Below, piece by piece: positions 12,055 to 16,221 of a stretch of 16,221 bases of DNA. How positions within the stretch are numbered: position 1 is the stretch's first letter; each line of letters starts with the position of its first letter. The stretch comes from a virus: IMG/VR virus record IMGVR_UViG_3300004481_000091, positions 1 through 16,221 of that record; one strand, given 5' to 3'. The notes under the pieces are model-generated. The model did no database searches. It had not been told where the DNA came from and saw only the letters and a list, made by a program, of their open reading frames with translations. Position numbers and translations under genes: made by a program.

Positions 12055-12331
12055 CCGGGCCCATGCCCGAGAGTTTCGTGATCAGCATGGTGACCGGCTC
12101 AATCTCGCCCGCCGGCGAGGCATTCTGCCACTGGCCGGCCTCCTCCTCTGAGATCTCCGGATCGACCATGCCGAATCGAAGCATGATCCGCTCTTGGGCT
12201 GAGACGCCCTTGACGGACTGCATGACGATCGCCTCGTGACGCGACAGCCCGCGCACGAGGACCATCCCGACCCCGGGAATCTGGATTGCCTCTTGAGGCA
12301 GGCGCGGTTTGAACAGCTCGGCCCTATCCAC
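11936..12331 (-). CDS. Tail assembly chaperone (G-like), 131 aa
   Basis: The start is trimmed to GTG 12331 (GGGAGAG Shine-Dalgarno right after the major tail stop). It lies between the major tail protein and the tape measure region. An overlapping downstream ORF in another frame is the hallmark of G/GT chaperones. Confidence 0.65.
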   Translation of the reverse strand: MDRAELFKPRLPQEAIQIPGVGMVLVRGLSRHEAIVMQSVKGVSAQERIMLRFGMVDPEISEEEAGQWQNASPAGEIEPVTMLITKLSGMGPGADKEAYKSLRSGSDDGVRVLPSTEVGPDSGGTPPLDVE

Positions 12332-12341
12332 GGTGCTCTCC

Positions 12342-12740
12342 CTACTGTGCGGTCGTGTTGACCAGTCCCGAGACCGTTGTATCACAGGACCACGTGATCA
12401 TACCGGCTACGGGGTTGGTCTCTACGTACTTGTCGATCGTCGCGGTGAAGCTGTCCTGTGGTAGGCCGCCCCCGGTGCCCTCGGGCCGCCGGACGATGGT
12501 CGCCTTTGTGGCGATCAGCCCGTTGAGGGTGGCTCTCGGGCCGCCCGCGGACGACTCGTACACCCCGCCCATCTTGAACGAGCCGGACCGCAGACCCGTG
12601 TCGTACGCGTAGTCATCTGCGCCGTAGCACGTCACATCATGCTTGTCGCCTGCACGCTCAAACTCGGACGTGTTGGTGTACGCGGATAGATCAATTCCCC
12701 CGACCGTGATGACCGTTTCCTTGCCGTGGACGAATGCCAT
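12342..12740 (-). CDS. Major tail (tube) protein, 132 aa
   Basis: MAFVHGKETVITVGGIDLSAYTNTSEFERAGDKHDVTCYGADDYAYDTGLRSGSFKMGGVY... resembles the tail tube protein pattern. It lies directly upstream of the chaperone pair. GGAGAG Shine-Dalgarno. Confidence 0.7.
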   Translation of the reverse strand: MAFVHGKETVITVGGIDLSAYTNTSEFERAGDKHDVTCYGADDYAYDTGLRSGSFKMGGVYESSAGGPRATLNGLIATKATIVRRPEGTGGGLPQDSFTATIDKYVETNPVAGMITWSCDTTVSGLVNTTAQ

Positions 12741-12752
12741 GATCCACTCTCC

Positions 12753-13256
12753 TTACGCCGACGCGCCGATGATCACAACGTCGTAGGTGACGCCCGTGCC
12801 GGCTGCCGAGTTGGTGACGGTTAGCAGGTCCCCAGTCCCCGCCGTCACCGCGATACCGGCCGCGTTCGGGGCGATCCAGTGGAACACCCCGCCGGGTAGG
12901 ACCGGCAGACCATCGCCAGCGGCCAGGAACAGCGGTACACCGTTCGCAGCCGGCCGGGTGACGTTGACGTTGTTGGTGTTGGCTGCCGCGGCGACGATCC
13001 AGACCTCTTTGATCCGGGCGAACGTCAACGTGGTACCGAACTTGTCGACGAGCACGCCGGCCAGGTCCAGGTCTTCTGTCCCGCTGGCCGCGAGGGTCCG
13101 CCGGTCATGGAACATGAGGTCTGCCTGGTTCGCCCCAACCCCACTGGCCAGGTCGACCCGCTTCGTGATCGCCAACGGGTCAACCGGGCTCGACAGGTCG
13201 GCGGTCGCCGTCTGCGTTGCCTCGATGACGGTTGTGCTGCGCACTACCAGCGTCAT
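12753..13256 (-). CDS. Hypothetical virion-module protein (167 aa), T/A/G-rich and beta-like
   Basis: The start is trimmed to ATG 13256 (GGGAGG Shine-Dalgarno), 5 nt after the upstream stop. It lies between the terminator-like gene and the major tail gene. No motif recognised. Confidence 0.55.
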   Translation of the reverse strand: MTLVVRSTTVIEATQTATADLSSPVDPLAITKRVDLASGVGANQADLMFHDRRTLAASGTEDLDLAGVLVDKFGTTLTFARIKEVWIVAAAANTNNVNVTRPAANGVPLFLAAGDGLPVLPGGVFHWIAPNAAGIAVTAGTGDLLTVTNSAAGTGVTYDVVIIGASA

Positions 13257-13260
13257 TTCT

Positions 13261-13665
13261 TCAGCCTCCCTGGCCGGTGATCTCACAGGAGAAGATGGCC
13301 GCGAGGTACTGCGTTGCGGCCAGCTCATACACATCGGGGACAACCCCAGTCACCCGGATGCTGTCGAACACGGTTGTCCGGCCGGACTCCAGGGCCGCCT
13401 TGACGCTGGCCGCTCCCGTGGCCCGGAGGTAGTCGGACAGCGCGGTGCGGGTTGAGCGATCGGTTGGCTTCCCGACCAGCACGACGACGGGAATGGTCAT
13501 GCCCTCCATGCCGTTGGCATACGTCTCGTCGTAGTCGTACGCCTCGGGGTAGGCCACGATCGCCGCTGGCGGGGTAGCGGACCCCAGTGGCCACTCATGG
13601 ACCCGCAGACCCGGCACGGTCCGCAGACGCGTTGCCAGCTCATCCATGACAGCTTCGAGGATCAT
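13261..13665 (-). CDS. Head-tail joining / tail terminator-like protein (134 aa)
   Basis: Its start overlaps the adaptor stop (ATGA). The size, position and the pattern MILEAVMDELATRLRTVPGLRVHEWP...PPAAIVAYPE...IPVVVLVG fit neck or tail-terminator proteins (DUF3168-like). Confidence 0.5.
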   Translation of the reverse strand: MILEAVMDELATRLRTVPGLRVHEWPLGSATPPAAIVAYPEAYDYDETYANGMEGMTIPVVVLVGKPTDRSTRTALSDYLRATGAASVKAALESGRTTVFDSIRVTGVVPDVYELAATQYLAAIFSCEITGQGG

Positions 13666-14261
13666 GCGACGCTCCAGGATCTGACGTAGTGCCCGAGCGA
13701 CACCCGCACGTCGGGGTCGACCGTGGCGAGGAGCCGTAGCTCCGACCCGTCCGACGGCGAGCCGGCAATGCCGTACGGGGACTCACGGCGGGCGAGAAAC
13801 CGGGCCGCCTGGAGCAGCGAGGCTTGCTTGACCGGACTGGGGACAGCAGACCATCCCCACGCGACGGTCACGCCGATCTCGTCATCGTCCCCGGTGCATG
13901 TGACCGCAGTCCCCAGCGCGATCTGTGTCCAGACCTTGCCCTTGTCGACCGCGCGCGTCGGCTCCTTGACGTAGTCCGTGGTGGCCACGCCGTTGACCTT
14001 CACGACCAGGCCGGCAGTGGTGGCGAAGTCGTCGACGACCACCACCCACCGGCCTCGCCGACGGTCGTACTCAGCCTTGTAGAACCATTCAGCAGCAGCA
14101 GCGAGGACACCGAACTGCCGATGGCACGCTTTGTCGACCGCGCGGGCGGCCGAGATGCACGCCAGCACGATCTCAGCGTCGTCGGCAGTGTCGCTGGCCT
14201 CCATGCGGAGGTAGCCCTTCAGGTCGACGTCGCTGGCGTAGTAGTCCGGTGCCCAAGCCAC
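13662..14261 (-). CDS. Head-to-tail adaptor (gp6/gp15-like connector)
   Basis: YASDVDLKGYLRMEASDTADDAEIVLACISAARAVDKACHRQF and C-terminal VPSPVKQASLLQAARFLARRESPYG are typical adaptor signatures. GTG 14261 has an AAGGGG Shine-Dalgarno. Confidence 0.7.
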   Translation of the reverse strand: MAWAPDYYASDVDLKGYLRMEASDTADDAEIVLACISAARAVDKACHRQFGVLAAAAEWFYKAEYDRRRGRWVVVVDDFATTAGLVVKVNGVATTDYVKEPTRAVDKGKVWTQIALGTAVTCTGDDDEIGVTVAWGWSAVPSPVKQASLLQAARFLARRESPYGIAGSPSDGSELRLLATVDPDVRVSLGHYVRSWSVA

Positions 14262-14263
14262 GA

Positions 14264-14932
14264 CTACCCCTTGCTGATCTCGGCCAGCAGAGCCTTAGCC
14301 AGCGCCGCGTAGTCGATCGGGACTTCCGGCCGGTCGGCGACCAGGGCCCGAACGTCGGCGATCGCCGTCCGGGCGTTGCGCAACTGCTCTTCGAGGCTGG
14401 CCAGGGTCGGGCCGCCCCGGTGGGAAACGTCAAACGTGCTGTCGTTGTACCCGTCACGCCAGCTGCCCTTGCGCAGGGACGCCGCAACGTTCTGGGTGAT
14501 GTCCTTCAGGTCCTGAGGGCTGAGTGCCACGTCACTACCTCCGAGGCTCCAGGGTTTGGTGTCGTCGGCCCGGCTGTCTCCAACGACGCTGATGTGGATG
14601 TGACCGGTGTGCGGGTCGTCCCCGGCATAGGGACTCCAGGCCCATCCGTAGTTCGGTCCGGTGATCAACCGGTTGGCGATCACGTAGCTGATACGCGGGT
14701 CCTGCGACGCTGCCAGCTCATCGCTGATCAGTCCGATGTCGCAGCCGTGGTACGGGTCGTGGGTGATGTCCAGGGCGCGCACGACGCCCTGAGCATCGGG
14801 GTTGTGGTCGGAACGCTGCGCCTGGTGCGCAGCGTCCCCGATCGTCCCGTCCGCGGACTTGTTCCGTCCCGGGTACAGCGCATCGATCTGCTCGCGGAGC
14901 TTGAGCAGACTCCCGGCCACTCTCCAGCCCAT
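14264..14932 (-). CDS. Putative endolysin, LAS-superfamily (M15/VanY-like) zinc peptidase (222 aa)
   Basis: GDAAHQAQRSDHNPDAQGVVRALDITHDP plus PHTGHIHISV give an H-x-x-D ... H-x-H metal-ligand arrangement. The start is trimmed to ATG 14932, 1 nt after the stop of the holin-like gene. Confidence 0.6.
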   Translation of the reverse strand: MGWRVAGSLLKLREQIDALYPGRNKSADGTIGDAAHQAQRSDHNPDAQGVVRALDITHDPYHGCDIGLISDELAASQDPRISYVIANRLITGPNYGWAWSPYAGDDPHTGHIHISVVGDSRADDTKPWSLGGSDVALSPQDLKDITQNVAASLRKGSWRDGYNDSTFDVSHRGGPTLASLEEQLRNARTAIADVRALVADRPEVPIDYAALAKALLAEISKG

Positions 14933-14933
14933 A

Positions 14934-15125
14934 TCAGCCACCGTTGAGCATCGTTGCGATGCCCCCGGTAGCCGCTCCAAGCGCGGTCGCGAGACCGAGC
15001 GCCGTCCAGGCCGCTCGCTCCAGGTTCCGCATGCGCTTGTCGATGTCGACCACGCACGTACCGATCGACTCCATTTTCTCTTCGAGGCGGGCCAAGCTCA
15101 CCGCGACGGGCTCACCCTGTGTCAT
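14934..15125 (-). CDS. Holin-like small membrane protein (63 aa, one C-terminal transmembrane segment)
   Basis: The N-terminal half is charged or coiled (SLARLEEKMESIGT...DKRMRNLERA), followed by the hydrophobic AAWTALGLATALGAATGGIATML. It lies directly upstream of the peptidase gene. Confidence 0.5.
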   Translation of the reverse strand: MTQGEPVAVSLARLEEKMESIGTCVVDIDKRMRNLERAAWTALGLATALGAATGGIATMLNGG

Positions 15126-15141
15126 GAGGTTTTCTCGCTTC

Positions 15142-15576
15142 CTATGCGTTGCTGGGGACGGCCAGCACCGTGCAGTGGGTGACGAACGTGTCGGTTGCGC
15201 CGCTGGAGGTGACGGCCACGCGGAGCCACGGGCGGCCCGGCTTGAGCTTGACCGCGAACACCGAGTAGGCGTCGCCGGTGGTTGCCGCGAGCGCGTCTGC
15301 GATCGCCGAGGTGGTTGCCGCGGCTGGGGTTCCGATGCTGCCGCTGGAGTCGTCCGCGTCCTGAATGACCCAGGTCAGGTTGTCGGTGGTTCCTGCGGTC
15401 GATGCGGTCAGGATGACGAGGATTCGGTCGCCCGGATCGTAGTTCGCCGCTGCGGCCAGGTTGACATCGTTGGGCGTGCCAAAGTCGAACGCCGTGGTGG
15501 TGGCAGTGGCGATGGTGACCTTGGACGTTGCCACAACTTCGGCTCCGGCCAGGTCCCACCTGACAGTGCTGCTCAT
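15142..15576 (-). CDS. Hypothetical protein (144 aa) directly after the capsid gene, a possible capsid accessory or decoration protein
   Basis: The start is trimmed to ATG 15576 (GAGAGGGAG Shine-Dalgarno), 10 nt after the capsid stop. It is T/A/S-rich and beta-like. The functional suggestion rests on position only. Confidence 0.5.
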   Translation of the reverse strand: MSSTVRWDLAGAEVVATSKVTIATATTTAFDFGTPNDVNLAAAANYDPGDRILVILTASTAGTTDNLTWVIQDADDSSGSIGTPAAATTSAIADALAATTGDAYSVFAVKLKPGRPWLRVAVTSSGATDTFVTHCTVLAVPSNA

Positions 15577-15586
15577 GTGCTCCCTC

Positions 15587-16221
15587 TCAGACGTTGCGGA
15601 GGATCTTGTACGCGGACCGGTTCTGAATGTTCCCGTCCGCGCGCTGCCAGCCGGTGTACTCGACCTGGCCGTAGTTGGCCCTGGAGTACGGGTTGACGAC
15701 GATCGCGAGCTGGGAGACGCGCCGGATGATGTACGCCTCGGACAGCACGCCGAGAACCGCGAAGTAGGCCCCGGTGTCGACGAGGTTCGGCATGCCCTGG
15801 TCGATGACGACCGGGTAGCCGAGGAGCACCTTCTCCGGCTTGCCGCCGATACCGGCCTGTGCCGCTGGCTGGACCAGGGGCCGCCCGTCGGTCCCGACAA
15901 TGGCCCTGATCTGTGTCCAGGAGGCCTTGTTCATGGCCCACTTGGCGTTCTGCTCGTACGCGGGGTCCAGGGCGCCTTCGAGGTCAAGCACGTCGTCGTA
16001 GTCGATCGTGTCGGAGACGTCCAAGGTCTCGTCGGCGGTCAGGCTCGCGGCGACGATGCCCTTGGGCTGTCCGACCCCGGTGCCGGTGCACCAGTGTGCG
16101 GCCTGCTTCCGGGCGATCCGGGTCCCCATCACCTTCGTGATCAGCGCGGCGACGTTGAACGCGGAGTCCTGGAGCAGCTCGACGGACACGCGGATCGGGA
16201 CGTCGTCCGCTCCACCGGCGG
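15587..16221 (-). CDS. Major capsid protein, HK97 fold, C-terminal part. 16112-16221 duplicates 1-110, and the gene continues upstream into 111-663.
   Basis: SVELLQDSAFNVAALITKVMGTRIARKQAAHWCTGTGVGQPKGIV...NAKWAMNKASWTQIRAIVGTDGRPLV...LLGYPVVIDQGMP...AYIIRRVSQLAIVVNPY... is typical HK97-family capsid sequence. The reading frame is open to the window end and in phase with 1-663. Confidence 0.9.
   Translation of the reverse strand, partial: AGGADDVPIRVSVELLQDSAFNVAALITKVMGTRIARKQAAHWCTGTGVGQPKGIVAASLTADETLDVSDTIDYDDVLDLEGALDPAYEQNAKWAMNKASWTQIRAIVGTDGRPLVQPAAQAGIGGKPEKVLLGYPVVIDQGMPNLVDTGAYFAVLGVLSEAYIIRRVSQLAIVVNPYSRANYGQVEYTGWQRADGNIQNRSAYKILRNV
16112..16221. repeat. Terminal direct repeat, copy 2 (identical to 1-110)
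   Basis: Direct comparison shows identity. Confidence 0.95.

Noticed and set aside
1-16221. Lysogeny module, tRNA genes, toxin-antitoxin pair or defence system
   Set aside because: Inspection of all ORF translations shows no tyrosine or serine recombinase motifs, no cloverleaf-like segments and no recognisable toxin partner next to either RHH gene. Absence cannot be proven without profile searches.

Overview
This window is a complete, circularly closed genome of about 16.1 kb from a very small, high-G+C siphovirus-like tailed phage. The codon bias, GTG starts and leaderless-looking starts point to an actinobacterial host. Bases 1-110 are identical to 16112-16221, so the unique unit is 16,111 bp, and the cut falls inside the HK97-type major capsid gene.

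Gene layout:
- **Late operon (minus strand).** It runs from 2618 through the junction down to 7441. The order is portal, S78-type prohead protease, major capsid protein, a 144-aa unknown, a holin-like protein, an M15/LAS-like endolysin, head-tail adaptor and terminator-like protein. It continues with a 167-aa unknown, major tail protein, tail chaperone G with a +1-frame T extension, an HK97 gp10-like protein and a short tape measure. It ends with a 695-aa Dit-like protein carrying a LamG-like insert, a 167-aa minor tail protein and a 31-aa hydrophobic peptide.
- **Terminase genes (plus strand, 2529-4302).** The small and large terminase genes are inverted relative to the portal.
- **Short early operon (minus strand, 6623 to 4648).** It encodes a winged-helix Rep-like protein, a 104-aa unknown, an RHH protein, an HNH endonuclease and a 91-aa unknown.
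- **Micro-operon of tiny proteins (plus strand, 6746-7444).** It encodes an RHH protein, an Arg-rich peptide and two Cys-rich proteins.

I recognised no integrase, partition ATPase, polymerase, helicase, tRNA or CRISPR.

Features not explained by the genes:
- A dense array of GGTACC-centred palindromes and half-sites at 4303-4765, where a cos or packaging site would be expected.
- 21-bp iterons plus an inverted copy next to a G7AG8 tract, inside the linker-coding part of the Rep-like gene.
- Tandem GTTCACTAC repeats and a GC hairpin in the Rep/RHH divergent region.
- A non-canonical +1 (or -2) chaperone frameshift.
- A lysis cassette embedded between the head and neck genes.

All functional calls rest on motif recognition by eye and gene order. 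No database search was run.
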